Source: Alphaproteobacteria bacterium (GTDB lineage: Bacteria > Pseudomonadota > Alphaproteobacteria > RF32 > CAG-239). From it: 64,000 nt of DNA. Position numbers and translations under genes: made by a program. Every line of letters starts with the position of its first letter. Positions within the stretch are counted from its first letter, which is position 1. The stretch is taken from NCBI GenBank assembly GCA_045593845.1, contig JAZNXK010000004.1, forward strand, positions 4,436 to 68,435, read 5' to 3'. Under the pieces are notes generated by a model. It was not told the DNA's origin and did not search any database. It worked only from the letters and a program-made list of their open reading frames with translations. Positions 43,625 through 53,941 of the stretch are shown here, in pieces.

Positions 43625-45358
43625 CTAAATTTTGTTTTTATGTTTTTTTATCATTTTTGTAAAATATCCATCAAGTTTTATGAGCTCACCATATGTTCCA
43701 TGTTCAACAATTTTGCCTTCTTTGAAAACATAAATATAATCAAACTTATTAATTATATTTAATTTGTGCACTGATGATATTATGGTACTATTTTTAAATT
43801 TATCAAAAATAGCATCATAAATCAAATTTTCATTATATACATCAACACTGCTTGTCGGCTCATCAAGAAGTATTATGTCAGCATTTTCCATCGCCAATAC
43901 ACCACGAGCCAATGCAAGCCTTTGTTTTTCTCCGCCCGATAGATTAAGTCCTTTTTCTGTCGCGCTATCTTGCAAAGTTATTTTGGCGCGTTCCATAACC
44001 TCATTAAAGCGAGATATATTTATTGCATCTTTGACTTTGTCATTCGGTATTTCATCACCAAATGTTATGTTGTAAAGAATGCTTTCTGCAAAAATTTCCG
44101 GCTCTTGCGGAACAAATGTAATACAATCAGATAAAGCACAAATATTGTTCTTTTTTCCGTTTATGTTAACAAAGCCGCTTTGCCAGTCCAAACACCCTGC
44201 TAACAACCCCAGCATTGTACTTTTACCGCTTCCGCTTTCGCCAACAAATGCAATTTTTTGTCCGCGTTCTATATGCAAGGAAATATTCTTTAATTGATAT
44301 TCTTTCTTTTTTGGATATTTAAAATTTACATCATTAATTTCTAAATTCTTAAAATTTCGCACGCAGCTATGCTGGATGTTGGGTTGAATTTCTTTTAATA
44401 TCGGATTGATTTCATCATAGTCTGTTTTTGATTGTAATAATGCTTGATATTCCTCACCATATCCGATAAAAAACCATTGTATTTTATCAATGTATTGCGC
44501 CACCGCAAGTACATTTCCAATCAAAATAGTATTTCCACTTTTCCAAACAATATAAACATAAAACAAAAGCACTACATTGTTCAGAACAAAAAGTGAGCCA
44601 TAGTCAAAAAAACTCCATTTATAATGACCAATACGTGTAAGTTTTATATCTTTTTCTGCTATCGGATTATATTTTAATTCTAATGTATTTTTTATTTGAT
44701 TATACTTTCTGAAAATTTTAATTGTTTTTATATTTGCAACAGCATCCAAAAGCGCACTGTTAAAACAGTGTACCGTATAATTAGTCTTTTTCATATAGGA
44801 TACACGATATAAATCAAAAAATGTCATTCCTAATATAATCATCAAAGAAAATATCAAAGTTATCAATGCAACTTTCCAAGAAAACAGAATTAACAAAATT
44901 AGAGGTCCGATAAATTGCATAACGTGCTTTAATATGGTTGCCTGCCTTGCTGCAAAATTTGCCAATCCTTCCGCAGACTGACGCATGCGAGATAATGTGT
45001 CACCGGAATGATTTTTTACATGATAATTCATATTTAACGAATAAAAAATTGCATAATATTTCATAAATGCATTCTTTTTTACAATTATTTGCACCTTATT
45101 TCCGAGATAATTAGAATAATACCACATAAAAATGTGCACCAAGTGTAAAACAGCCAAAATTCCAAGTATAAAAAATACATTTTTCCACATATTATCACCG
45201 CCCAACTGAATGGCGTTGAAAAATTTTGAATTCAAATATGGCTGCGCTAAGGAGGCAACTTGCCCTATAAAACCAAAAACAAAAACCATAACAAAAGTTT
45301 TGTGCACACCATCCATATATTTCCATGCATGACGTAAAACATACAAATATGTATTCAT
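43625..45358 (-). CDS. ABC transporter permease/ATP-binding protein, type I exporter
   Basis: 577 aa with Walker A GESGSGKST, signature LSGGEKQR and Walker B ILLDEPTS. The sequence is visibly more AT-rich than its neighbours. Confidence 0.8.
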   Translation of the reverse strand: MNTYLYVLRHAWKYMDGVHKTFVMVFVFGFIGQVASLAQPYLNSKFFNAIQLGGDNMWKNVFFILGILAVLHLVHIFMWYYSNYLGNKVQIIVKKNAFMKYYAIFYSLNMNYHVKNHSGDTLSRMRQSAEGLANFAARQATILKHVMQFIGPLILLILFSWKVALITLIFSLMIILGMTFFDLYRVSYMKKTNYTVHCFNSALLDAVANIKTIKIFRKYNQIKNTLELKYNPIAEKDIKLTRIGHYKWSFFDYGSLFVLNNVVLLFYVYIVWKSGNTILIGNVLAVAQYIDKIQWFFIGYGEEYQALLQSKTDYDEINPILKEIQPNIQHSCVRNFKNLEINDVNFKYPKKKEYQLKNISLHIERGQKIAFVGESGSGKSTMLGLLAGCLDWQSGFVNINGKKNNICALSDCITFVPQEPEIFAESILYNITFGDEIPNDKVKDAINISRFNEVMERAKITLQDSATEKGLNLSGGEKQRLALARGVLAMENADIILLDEPTSSVDVYNENLIYDAIFDKFKNSTIISSVHKLNIINKFDYIYVFKEGKIVEHGTYGELIKLDGYFTKMIKKHKNKI

Positions 45359-45548
45359 TATTATTGCTCCGATAACGAAATAAATTATTTAGGATACTAA
45401 TTGAGCGATGGCTCTAATTTTAGTTAAAAATATTTAAGCAACTGTTAATTGTCTTAGTAATATCTTATATTTACCTTAGAAAATATTTTTAATAAAAGTT
45501 ATTGACAGCAAGAAAAAAATGTGCAAAAAAACTATTCATTAAATATCT

Positions 45549-45625
45549 GCGCTCCTAGCTCAGCTGGATAGAGCAACAGCCTTCTAAGCTGTGGGTCGGG
45601 CGTTCGAATCGCCCGGAGCGCGCCA
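45549..45625 (+). tRNA. tRNA-Arg (anticodon UCU), CCA encoded
   Basis: Cloverleaf folded by hand. Acceptor GCGCTCC/GGAGCGC, D stem GCTC/GAGC, anticodon stem ACAGC/GCTGT, loop CTTCTAA (anticodon 45583-45585), T arm GGGCG-TTCGAAT-CGCCC, then G-CCA. Confidence 0.93.
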
Positions 45626-45630
45626 ATTAA

Positions 45631-45660
45631 AAAACCCTAGATTACTCTAGGGTTTTTCTT
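45631..45660. terminator. Bidirectional terminator between the tRNA-Arg and convergent ugd
   Basis: Stem AAAACCCTAG (45631-45640) / CTAGGGTTTT (45647-45656). Confidence 0.7.
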
Positions 45661-45665
45661 TATTT

Positions 45666-46973
45666 TCAAGCAATTTTCTTACCGATACATTGATATTCAA
45701 AACCAAACGACAAAGCCGCTTTAGGATCCAACATATTGCGAAAATCCAAAATTGTTTTACGGTTCATCAACTGCGCCACAACATTCAAATCAACATCAGA
45801 AAATTCTTTCCACTCTGTCAAAATAACCAAGGCATCAGCATCTTTAACCGTGCTATAAACATCATCGGCATAACCGATTTTGTCTCCCAAAATTTGGCAG
45901 GCATTTTTCATCGCTTTCGGGTCATAGGCAACAACATTAACGTGTTTTTTGAGCAACTCGCCAACAACATCCATCGCCGGACTTTCGCGGCAATCGTCTG
46001 TTCCGTTCTTAAAAGCCAAACCCCAAACCGCAACTTTCGGATTTTTAACCTCTTTTATCGCCGCAAAAACTCTCTCGGCCATCTGTTGCTTGCGCTTGCT
46101 ATTACCATTTATGGTCGTTTCAACCAATTCCATTATCGAATCAACCGAACGCCCCATATAGGCCATGGCCATGGTATCTTTTGGAAAGCAGCTTCCGCCA
46201 TAACCAATACCGGCATTCAAAAATTTATTACCGATTCTCTCATCCAACCCCATACCTTTTGCCACTTCAGCCACATCAGCACCTGATTTTTCGCAAAAAT
46301 TAGCAATCTCATTTATATAATGAATCTTCATCGCCAAAAATGCATTTGATGCATATTTAATTGTCTCACTCGACCGACGAGAAACAAAGAGCATTTTTGT
46401 TCTATCTTCAAAAGGTTTATATAACTCTTTTATCACATCAGCCGCTTTTGCGGAATTTGTCCCGACAACAATTCTGTTCGGATTAAAAAAGTCATGCACC
46501 GCAAAACCCTCACGTAAAAACTCCGGCAAAGAAATAACATCAAATCTTGCCGTCGGATTCTTCGAGGTTATAAGTTGTTCAATATTATCACCTGTTCCTA
46601 CCGGTACTGTAGATTTTGTGGCAATAACGGTATAATCCGTAAGATATTCCGCCAGTTCCATTGCCGCTGCATATATATACTTCAAATCAGCTTCGTGAGT
46701 AACCGGATGCGGAGGAGTGCCGACAGCAATCAATACAACATCAGCGCCTTCAACCGCTTTACGCATATTTGTAGTAAAAGTCAAACGTCCGTTCGCAATA
46801 TTTTTTGCAAACAAATCCTCCAAACCTTCTTCATAAATCGTCAGTTTTCCGGCTTTTAAATCATCAATCTTTTCTTTATTTTTGTCAGTGCAGACAACTT
46901 CATTTCCAAGTTCAGCCAAGCCGACACCAGTAGGCAACCCCACATAACCGGTTCCGATAATACCTATTTTCAT
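45666..46973 (-). CDS. ugd: UDP-glucose 6-dehydrogenase
   Basis: 435 aa with the N-terminal GTGYVGL Rossmann motif and the catalytic region GYGGSCFPKD. Confidence 0.92.
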   Translation of the reverse strand: MKIGIIGTGYVGLPTGVGLAELGNEVVCTDKNKEKIDDLKAGKLTIYEEGLEDLFAKNIANGRLTFTTNMRKAVEGADVVLIAVGTPPHPVTHEADLKYIYAAAMELAEYLTDYTVIATKSTVPVGTGDNIEQLITSKNPTARFDVISLPEFLREGFAVHDFFNPNRIVVGTNSAKAADVIKELYKPFEDRTKMLFVSRRSSETIKYASNAFLAMKIHYINEIANFCEKSGADVAEVAKGMGLDERIGNKFLNAGIGYGGSCFPKDTMAMAYMGRSVDSIMELVETTINGNSKRKQQMAERVFAAIKEVKNPKVAVWGLAFKNGTDDCRESPAMDVVGELLKKHVNVVAYDPKAMKNACQILGDKIGYADDVYSTVKDADALVILTEWKEFSDVDLNVVAQLMNRKTILDFRNMLDPKAALSFGFEYQCIGKKIA

Positions 46974-47017
46974 CCTTTCTTCCCCTTTTTTAATTATTTA
47001 TGAAAGTCAAAATACAA

Positions 47018-47866
47018 TTATCTTTTACGAATTCCCATTTTTGACAAGCGAGAAATTCTATCCGCCGTACTCGGGTGTGTACTGAAAAGTCCCGACAAAC
47101 CACCGCTGATACCGCACATAGGATTGACAATAAACAAATGCTTTGTTTGCGGACTTACTCTTTTCATGGTAATCGATTTGGCATAATTTTCCAACTTCTG
47201 CAAAGCAGACATCAACCATTCCGGATGCCTTGTTAATTGAGCAGCACCTTCATCAGCTTTATATTCTCGAGAACGAGAAATTGCCATTTGCACAATCACG
47301 GCCGCTATCGGCATAACTACAATTGCCAAAAGCCCTGTCGCTCTATTCCTTTGAGTATTGTTTGATGATAATTGCCCATATCTTGCAACATTTCCCAACA
47401 TTGCAATAGCACCGGCAAAAACTGCCGCCACAGTCCCGATTAAAATATCATAATGACGAACATGGCTCATTTCATGCGCCAAAACACCCTCAATTTCTTC
47501 ATCCGTCATCAAATTTAACAACCCTTGGGTTACCGCCACAGCCGCATGAGAAGGATTTCTTCCCGTTGCAAATGCATTGGGAGCTTCTTCGGGAATAATA
47601 TAAACTTTAGGCATCGGCAAAGAGGCATTTGTTGCCAATCTCTGCACAATTTCATACAACTTTGGTGCATTTTTTTGACTTACTGCCATAGCTTTATAAT
47701 GGCTTAAAACCATTTTATCGCTGAAAAAATAGCTCACAAAATTGATACCGCCGGCTATCAATAATGCCGTAACCATTCCGTCTTGTCCGGCAACCAAATT
47801 GCCGACATACATAAAAATGGCAACCAACGCAAACATCAGCAAAAAAGTCTTTTTTCTTTCTTTCAT
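47018..47866 (-). CDS. htpX: Zinc metalloprotease HtpX
   Basis: I prefer ATG 47866 (MKERKK...), which has GGGGA 6 nt upstream. The track start 47887 is TTG. HEMSHV motif and TM helices are present. Confidence 0.88.
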   Translation of the reverse strand: MKERKKTFLLMFALVAIFMYVGNLVAGQDGMVTALLIAGGINFVSYFFSDKMVLSHYKAMAVSQKNAPKLYEIVQRLATNASLPMPKVYIIPEEAPNAFATGRNPSHAAVAVTQGLLNLMTDEEIEGVLAHEMSHVRHYDILIGTVAAVFAGAIAMLGNVARYGQLSSNNTQRNRATGLLAIVVMPIAAVIVQMAISRSREYKADEGAAQLTRHPEWLMSALQKLENYAKSITMKRVSPQTKHLFIVNPMCGISGGLSGLFSTHPSTADRISRLSKMGIRKR

Positions 47867-47883
47867 CAACATTCCCCTTTTGT

Positions 47884-50800
47884 TCAATCAAACAACGATA
47901 GCAACTTCATAATAAAACCTCTTATACAGGCCAATCTCTCGGCATATCCGGACAAATCACCTGCAACAAAAAGCCTCTGATCAGGTCTGACTTTTATTCT
48001 GCCGCCGGAACGAGCTATTAAATCAACCAACTTATCCGGCGCCGCAAAAAAGTTTTCCCTAAAAGCTATCACAAAACCTTTTGCCCCAGCCTCAATCTTC
48101 TCTATATTAGCTTTACGACATAACTGCTTAATTTCAACAGTTTTCAACAAATTTTCCACTTCCGGAGGGATTGGACCAAACCTGTCAATCAACTCCTCAC
48201 GCATATCAAGAAGCTCTTCTTGTTTCTCCAATGAGCCAATTCTTTTATACAATCCCAATCTGACACCCAAATCTCTGACATAATTTTCCGCAATCATAAT
48301 CGGAACACCGGTCACAATCTGCGGGCTCCAATCTTGAGTGGTCTTTTCCTCTGCCTTTTCTCCGTTTTTAATCCTCAATATTTCTTCCTGCAACATATGG
48401 TGATACAAAGCAATTCCCACATCTTTTATATGTCCGGATTGTTCTTCCCCTAAAACATTGCCAGACCCCCTGATGTCCATATCATGACTTGCCAATGAAA
48501 AACCGGCACCCAAAGTATCTAAAGCCTGTAATATATTCAATCTTCTTTCTGCCAAAGGTTTTAACATTTTTTGCCTCGGAACGGTAAAATAGCAATATCC
48601 GCGCAATTTTGAACGCCCTATTCTGCCCCGCAACTGATATAACTGTGCCAAACCGAACATATCCGCACGATAAACAATCATAGTATTAACCGAAGGAATA
48701 TCAATTCCCGACTCAATAATTGTTGTTGACAATAAAACATCTCCTTTTTTATCAACAAAATCATTCATCACATCTTCGAGCTGTCTGACCGGCATTTGTC
48801 CGTGTGCCACCATAATTGTTGCTTCAGGCACCAATTCTTTCAATATTTTCAACACTTCGGGAATATCCGACACTCTCGGACAAACCACAAAAGTCTGCCC
48901 TCCTCTGAATTTTTCACGGTAAATTGCCTCTTTTATCATCACCCTGTCAAACGGCATAACAAAAGTTCGTGCTGCCAATCTGTCAACCGGCGGTGTGGCA
49001 ATAATGCTTAATTGCTTAACCCCCGTAAGCGAAAGTTGCAAAGTTCTCGGTATCGGTGTTGCCGTCAAAGTCAAAACATGCACATCATTCTTAAGAGCTT
49101 TCAGTTTTTCTTTGTGCACCACTCCGAAATGTTGCTCTTCATCAATAATCAACAATCCCAAATTTGCAAACTCAATTTTATCGCTCAACAAGGCATGTGT
49201 CCCAATCACAATATCTAATGAGCCGTCCTTCATACCTTCTTTAATTTTACGGGATTCCGCCGCTGTTGCAAGCCTTGACAACATACCTACCTTAATCGGA
49301 AAACCGCTCATTCTCTGCTTAAAATTCAAATAATGCTGTCTGGCAAGCAATGTTGTCGGCACCACCACCGCCACTTGCGCACCCGACATAGCCACCGTAA
49401 AAGCGGCACGCAAAGCCACCTCAGTTTTTCCAAATCCGACATCACCGCAAATCAGTCTATCCATGGGAATTCCTGCGGACAAATCTCTGATAACATCATC
49501 TATGGCATTGAGTTGGTCATCTGTTTCATTAAATGGAAATCCGGCACAAAACTCATCATAAACTCCATAAGAAGGAACAAAACTTTCTGCTTTTCGTAAT
49601 TGTCGTTGCGCCGCAACTGCAATCAATTTTTCTGCCAAATCACGAATACGCTTTTTTACCTTATCCTTTTTCGCTTCCCAAGCCATGCCGCCTAAAACAT
49701 CCAAAACCACATTTTCGTCTTCGGAACCGTAGCGGGAAATCATCTCAATATTTTCAACCGGCACAAACAATTTGTCGTCATTAGCATATAAAATCTTCAA
49801 ACAATCATGATCGGCACCGCCGGCAACAATATTTTCCAAGCCCATAAAACGCCCGATACCATGCTCTATATGCACTACCAATTCCCCGACATTAAGGGAT
49901 GATATATCAGCAATAAAATCTTTTGCCGAAACTTTTTTATTGGTGCGACGATTTTGTTTTGCCCCGACAATATCTTGCTCGCTAACAACAAACAATTCGC
50001 TGTTATGAAACCCTTTTACCAAACCGAGAACGATTAAAACTACGGATCTTTTGGCTTTTTGCAGTGCTTCTTGCCAGTTTTCCGCCATTACAATATCCAG
50101 CTTATTTTCAGCAACTTCTTTAAGCATTATCATAATTTTTTCACGCGAACCTGCAGAATAGCAACAAATAATCCTCGGCAATTTTCCATATTCCGACAAT
50201 TTCTCCGCAACTTTGGCATAAACCTCCGTTACCGCCACATTTTTTGCCGACGAAAAATCTCTTCCCGGAACAGCCTTTACATCAATAACTTCATCACTCT
50301 CCGGCAAATTAAGACCGGTAAATTCCAAATTTGCTCTCGCTTTAACATCTTCTGCCGACAAAAACATCTTTTCCGGCATAACCGGACGATAAACATCAAC
50401 CTCATTTTTATTTTTAGCAACCTGCAAAGCCTCAAGTCGCGCCGTATAATGGTCAGAAATACTTTCTTGTTTTGATTGCATAGCCGCCTCGGAATTTCTT
50501 CCTAAAACAACCACCGCTCTCGGAACATAATCAAATAATGTCGGCAAATTATCTTCATAAAAAAACGGCAACCAATTTTCCATACCCATATATTTTTTGC
50601 CGTTGGAAACAGCTTCATATATCTCATCATCTTTACAAGCAATACCAAAAGCTTCTCGATATTGTGAACGAAAACTTTTTATGGTATTTTCATCCAAGAC
50701 CACTTCTCCGGCCGCCGCAAAAGTATAATACTCCAATTCCCCGGTTGTCCTTTGTGTCAAAACATCAAAACTGCGAATTCTCTCCACCTCATCTCCAAAC

Positions 50801-51354
50801 AAATCTATCCGCAACGGATTTGGAGTTCCAACCGGAAAAATATCCAATATATCACCGCGCACGGCATATTCCCCAGGTTCCATAACCTGCTCAACCCTAT
50901 TATAACCGTTAACAGATACATAATGAAGAAAGGTTTCAAAAGTAAGTTCTCCGCCCTTTTTTATCGATTTTATAGAATTAAGAAAAACTTTTTTCGGTGC
51001 TGTTTTCTGCAATACCGCACCCACACTTGTAATAATAAATCTCGTTTTTTTCGACTCCGGCAACACCGCCAATTGTGCCAAAACATCAACTCTTTGAGCC
51101 ACAATTTCCGGATTTGGCGACACTCTGTCATAAGGTACAATATCCCATGCCGGAAAACGCAAAACTTCAGCTTCGGGCAATAAATATTGCAAAACATCTG
51201 CTGTTTGCTCCAAACTCACACCGTCAGGGGCAATATATAAAATATTTTCATCAGTTTTAGTCGCTAATTCTGCCAACAACCAAGCTTCCATTCCCTCCGG
51301 CACCGAGGATATGGTTTTTATTTGTCCGCTAAACTTTTTCAACTGATTAAACAT
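47884..51354 (-). CDS. mfd: Transcription-repair coupling factor
   Basis: 1156 aa with a UvrB-homology N-terminus, a CarD-like domain, SF2 helicase motifs (GDVGFGKTEVA, DEEQHFG) and a TRCF C-terminus. Confidence 0.96.
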   Translation of the reverse strand: MFNQLKKFSGQIKTISSVPEGMEAWLLAELATKTDENILYIAPDGVSLEQTADVLQYLLPEAEVLRFPAWDIVPYDRVSPNPEIVAQRVDVLAQLAVLPESKKTRFIITSVGAVLQKTAPKKVFLNSIKSIKKGGELTFETFLHYVSVNGYNRVEQVMEPGEYAVRGDILDIFPVGTPNPLRIDLFGDEVERIRSFDVLTQRTTGELEYYTFAAAGEVVLDENTIKSFRSQYREAFGIACKDDEIYEAVSNGKKYMGMENWLPFFYEDNLPTLFDYVPRAVVVLGRNSEAAMQSKQESISDHYTARLEALQVAKNKNEVDVYRPVMPEKMFLSAEDVKARANLEFTGLNLPESDEVIDVKAVPGRDFSSAKNVAVTEVYAKVAEKLSEYGKLPRIICCYSAGSREKIMIMLKEVAENKLDIVMAENWQEALQKAKRSVVLIVLGLVKGFHNSELFVVSEQDIVGAKQNRRTNKKVSAKDFIADISSLNVGELVVHIEHGIGRFMGLENIVAGGADHDCLKILYANDDKLFVPVENIEMISRYGSEDENVVLDVLGGMAWEAKKDKVKKRIRDLAEKLIAVAAQRQLRKAESFVPSYGVYDEFCAGFPFNETDDQLNAIDDVIRDLSAGIPMDRLICGDVGFGKTEVALRAAFTVAMSGAQVAVVVPTTLLARQHYLNFKQRMSGFPIKVGMLSRLATAAESRKIKEGMKDGSLDIVIGTHALLSDKIEFANLGLLIIDEEQHFGVVHKEKLKALKNDVHVLTLTATPIPRTLQLSLTGVKQLSIIATPPVDRLAARTFVMPFDRVMIKEAIYREKFRGGQTFVVCPRVSDIPEVLKILKELVPEATIMVAHGQMPVRQLEDVMNDFVDKKGDVLLSTTIIESGIDIPSVNTMIVYRADMFGLAQLYQLRGRIGRSKLRGYCYFTVPRQKMLKPLAERRLNILQALDTLGAGFSLASHDMDIRGSGNVLGEEQSGHIKDVGIALYHHMLQEEILRIKNGEKAEEKTTQDWSPQIVTGVPIMIAENYVRDLGVRLGLYKRIGSLEKQEELLDMREELIDRFGPIPPEVENLLKTVEIKQLCRKANIEKIEAGAKGFVIAFRENFFAAPDKLVDLIARSGGRIKVRPDQRLFVAGDLSGYAERLACIRGFIMKLLSLFD

Positions 51355-51437
51355 TACATTTATCTTCTTATTTACTTCTTTTCAAAAATATATACAATTA
51401 TACATCAATAGCAAACATTTTTTTAAGGTTTTTTGCC

Positions 51438-53516
51438 ATGCGACCTGATATTTTGTTTCCGCTCTTCAAAGATATAACTTCCATTTCTGGAGTTGGCAGC
51501 AAATTTGCCAAACTTCTTCATAATATAGAAATTGATAAGGTTGTTGACCTGTTGTGGCATTTACCCCATGCCTTTATCAACCGCAAACTCTCCCCATCAC
51601 TGCTCGCCGCAAGAGTTGGAGAAATCGGCACATTTGAAGTAACGGTTATTGAGCACATCCCACCAAAGATTAAAAGCAAACCATATCGGGTTTTGTGTCA
51701 GGACAGATATGAAAACCAACTTATTCTCTGCTTTTTCAAAACTTATGGTGATTTTTTGAGTAAACAACTACCTTTGAACACCAAACGTTTTGTCAGCGGA
51801 AAACTCGAAAAATTTAACAATATGTGGCAGATTAACCATCCCGACTATATATCCACAAACTTAAATAATATTCCTGAAATTGAGCCGATTTACGGTCTTA
51901 CTGCAGGAATAAGCAACAAATTTATCGGTTCACTCATTCAAAGTGCCCTATATAAACTCCCTGTTTTTCCCGAGTGGCAAAATCAGCAATTTATCAAACA
52001 GCGCAACTTTCCAAGCTTTAATCAAGCAATGCTCGCCATACATAATCCTCATACATTTGCCGATATTCAATTCTCATCGACCGCACGCGACCGCCTTGCC
52101 TATGACGAATTGCTTGCCAACCAGCTTGCACTCGCCATTGTCCGCCAAAAAATCAAAAAACAAACCGGACGCAAAATTGCCGGCAACGGACTATTACGCA
52201 GAAAGATATTGGACACTCTCCCTTTTCAGCTGACTGCTGCCCAAGAAAAAGTCCTAAAAGAAATTTTTGCCGACCAAGCTTCTGAAAGCAGAATGTTACG
52301 ATTGTTGCAAGGAGATGTAGGTAGCGGAAAAACAATTGTCGCCCTGCTCACCATGCTAAATGCCGTTGAATGTGGCTACCAGGCTTCTATCATGGCTCCT
52401 ACCGAAATTTTAGCCAAACAACACATGGAAACTATTGCTCCGCTCTGCGAGAATATCGGCATTAAAGCCGAACTCTTGACCGGGCGAGTCAAAGGCAAAA
52501 AACGCACTCAAATCATCAATGATTTAACCGAAGGTAAAATTGACATCTTAATCGGCACACACGCACTTTTTGTTGAAGATGTAACTTTTAAGGATCTTGC
52601 ATGCGTTATTATTGACGAACAGCATCGCTTCGGGGTTCATCAACGTCTAAATCTCTCTGCCAAAGGCAATCTGGCCGATATTTTGGTTATGACCGCTACA
52701 CCAATTCCCCGCAGCCTTATTTTAACCGCTTTCGGAGATATGGAATATTCCAAAATTGACCAACTTCCTGCCGGACGCAAGCCAGTTGATACCAGAGTTA
52801 TGCCTCTGACCAAAATCGACGAGATTATTCCCGCCCTCAAGAATAAATTGGATAAAGGCGCAAGAGCTTATTGGGTATGCCCGTTGGTTGAAGAGTCAGA
52901 AAAAATCGACCTTGCCGCTGCCGAAAAAAGATTTGAGATTTTGCAAAAAATATTCGGCTCAAAGGTCGGACTTATCCACGGCAAAATGAAAGAAAAACAA
53001 AAAGACGAAATTATGGAACAATTCAAATCCGGTTCTATTAACCTTTTGGTTGCCACCACTGTCATTGAAGTCGGGGTAAATGTTCCGGAAGCTACAATTA
53101 TGATTGTGGAACACGCGGAACGTTTCGGTTTGGCTCAGCTTCATCAGCTTCGCGGACGCGTCAAACGCGGTATTGAGGCCGCCACTTGCCTTTTGCTTTA
53201 TAATTTTCCCACCAGTCAAACCGCCATTTCCCGTTTGCAAATTATGAAAGAAACCGAAGACGGATTTTTGATTGCCGAAGAAGACCTAAAATTACGCGGC
53301 GGTGGAGAGATATTAGGTACCAAACAATCCGGCTTTGCCAACTTTAAGCTGGCTGATATGAGCCTTCACCAAGGACTTCTGTTAACTGCATGTCAAGAAG
53401 CCAAAATGATTATCAATCAAGATCCTGACTTGAGCTCACCCCACGGACAGGCATTACGCATATTGCTGTATTTATTCGAACGCGATGATGCCGTCAAAAC
53501 CTATTTGGCTGGATAA
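51438..53516 (+). CDS. recG: ATP-dependent DNA helicase RecG
   Basis: 692 aa with a wedge OB domain and SF2 motifs (GDVGSGKT, DEQHRFG, QLHQLRGRV). It is divergent from mfd, as in many alphaproteobacteria. Confidence 0.95.
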   Translation: MRPDILFPLFKDITSISGVGSKFAKLLHNIEIDKVVDLLWHLPHAFINRKLSPSLLAARVGEIGTFEVTVIEHIPPKIKSKPYRVLCQDRYENQLILCFFKTYGDFLSKQLPLNTKRFVSGKLEKFNNMWQINHPDYISTNLNNIPEIEPIYGLTAGISNKFIGSLIQSALYKLPVFPEWQNQQFIKQRNFPSFNQAMLAIHNPHTFADIQFSSTARDRLAYDELLANQLALAIVRQKIKKQTGRKIAGNGLLRRKILDTLPFQLTAAQEKVLKEIFADQASESRMLRLLQGDVGSGKTIVALLTMLNAVECGYQASIMAPTEILAKQHMETIAPLCENIGIKAELLTGRVKGKKRTQIINDLTEGKIDILIGTHALFVEDVTFKDLACVIIDEQHRFGVHQRLNLSAKGNLADILVMTATPIPRSLILTAFGDMEYSKIDQLPAGRKPVDTRVMPLTKIDEIIPALKNKLDKGARAYWVCPLVEESEKIDLAAAEKRFEILQKIFGSKVGLIHGKMKEKQKDEIMEQFKSGSINLLVATTVIEVGVNVPEATIMIVEHAERFGLAQLHQLRGRVKRGIEAATCLLLYNFPTSQTAISRLQIMKETEDGFLIAEEDLKLRGGGEILGTKQSGFANFKLADMSLHQGLLLTACQEAKMIINQDPDLSSPHGQALRILLYLFERDDAVKTYLAG

Positions 53517-53932
53517 TCTTTCGGTTTTGCAAAACTGACGTATTTGTGCATAAAATAAATAAAAAAGGTAATAAAAAACGTATATATGGCTTGTGCCAAC
53601 AATTCATTCAATTTATAAACATCAACCATCATATACATCGCTGCATAATTCAACAACATCACGGTTATATAGACACCCCATGCTTTTGAATATTCTTTCA
53701 TCAAGTTACCGAAAGACCTGAAAACATAGTATCTCATAGTAAAAATAGAAACATTAACAGCAATTACATAATTTATAATCAATGCCGCCTGATAAGGTAT
53801 TTGTAAAATTGCTACCAAAAATACAAAAAGCAAATATGAAAAAACAGTATTAAAGCCGCCCACCAACAAAAAACGCAGTTTTTGCGGCACCATAAACCAA
53901 ATTCCTTCAACCCATTTGTATAATTTAAGCAT
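53501..53932 (-). CDS. GtrA-family membrane protein (polyisoprenol-sugar flippase-like)
   Basis: 143 aa with four TM helices and the N-terminal motif FLLVGGFNTVFSYLLF. Confidence 0.75.
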   Translation of the reverse strand: MLKLYKWVEGIWFMVPQKLRFLLVGGFNTVFSYLLFVFLVAILQIPYQAALIINYVIAVNVSIFTMRYYVFRSFGNLMKEYSKAWGVYITVMLLNYAAMYMMVDVYKLNELLAQAIYTFFITFFIYFMHKYVSFAKPKDYPAK

Positions 53933-53941
53933 TAACCCACC

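Noticed and set aside
45359-45660. A genomic island or integrative element at tRNA-Arg
   Set aside because: I could find no integrase, no excisionase and no direct repeat of the tRNA 3' end in the window. I retained only a low-interest compositional note.
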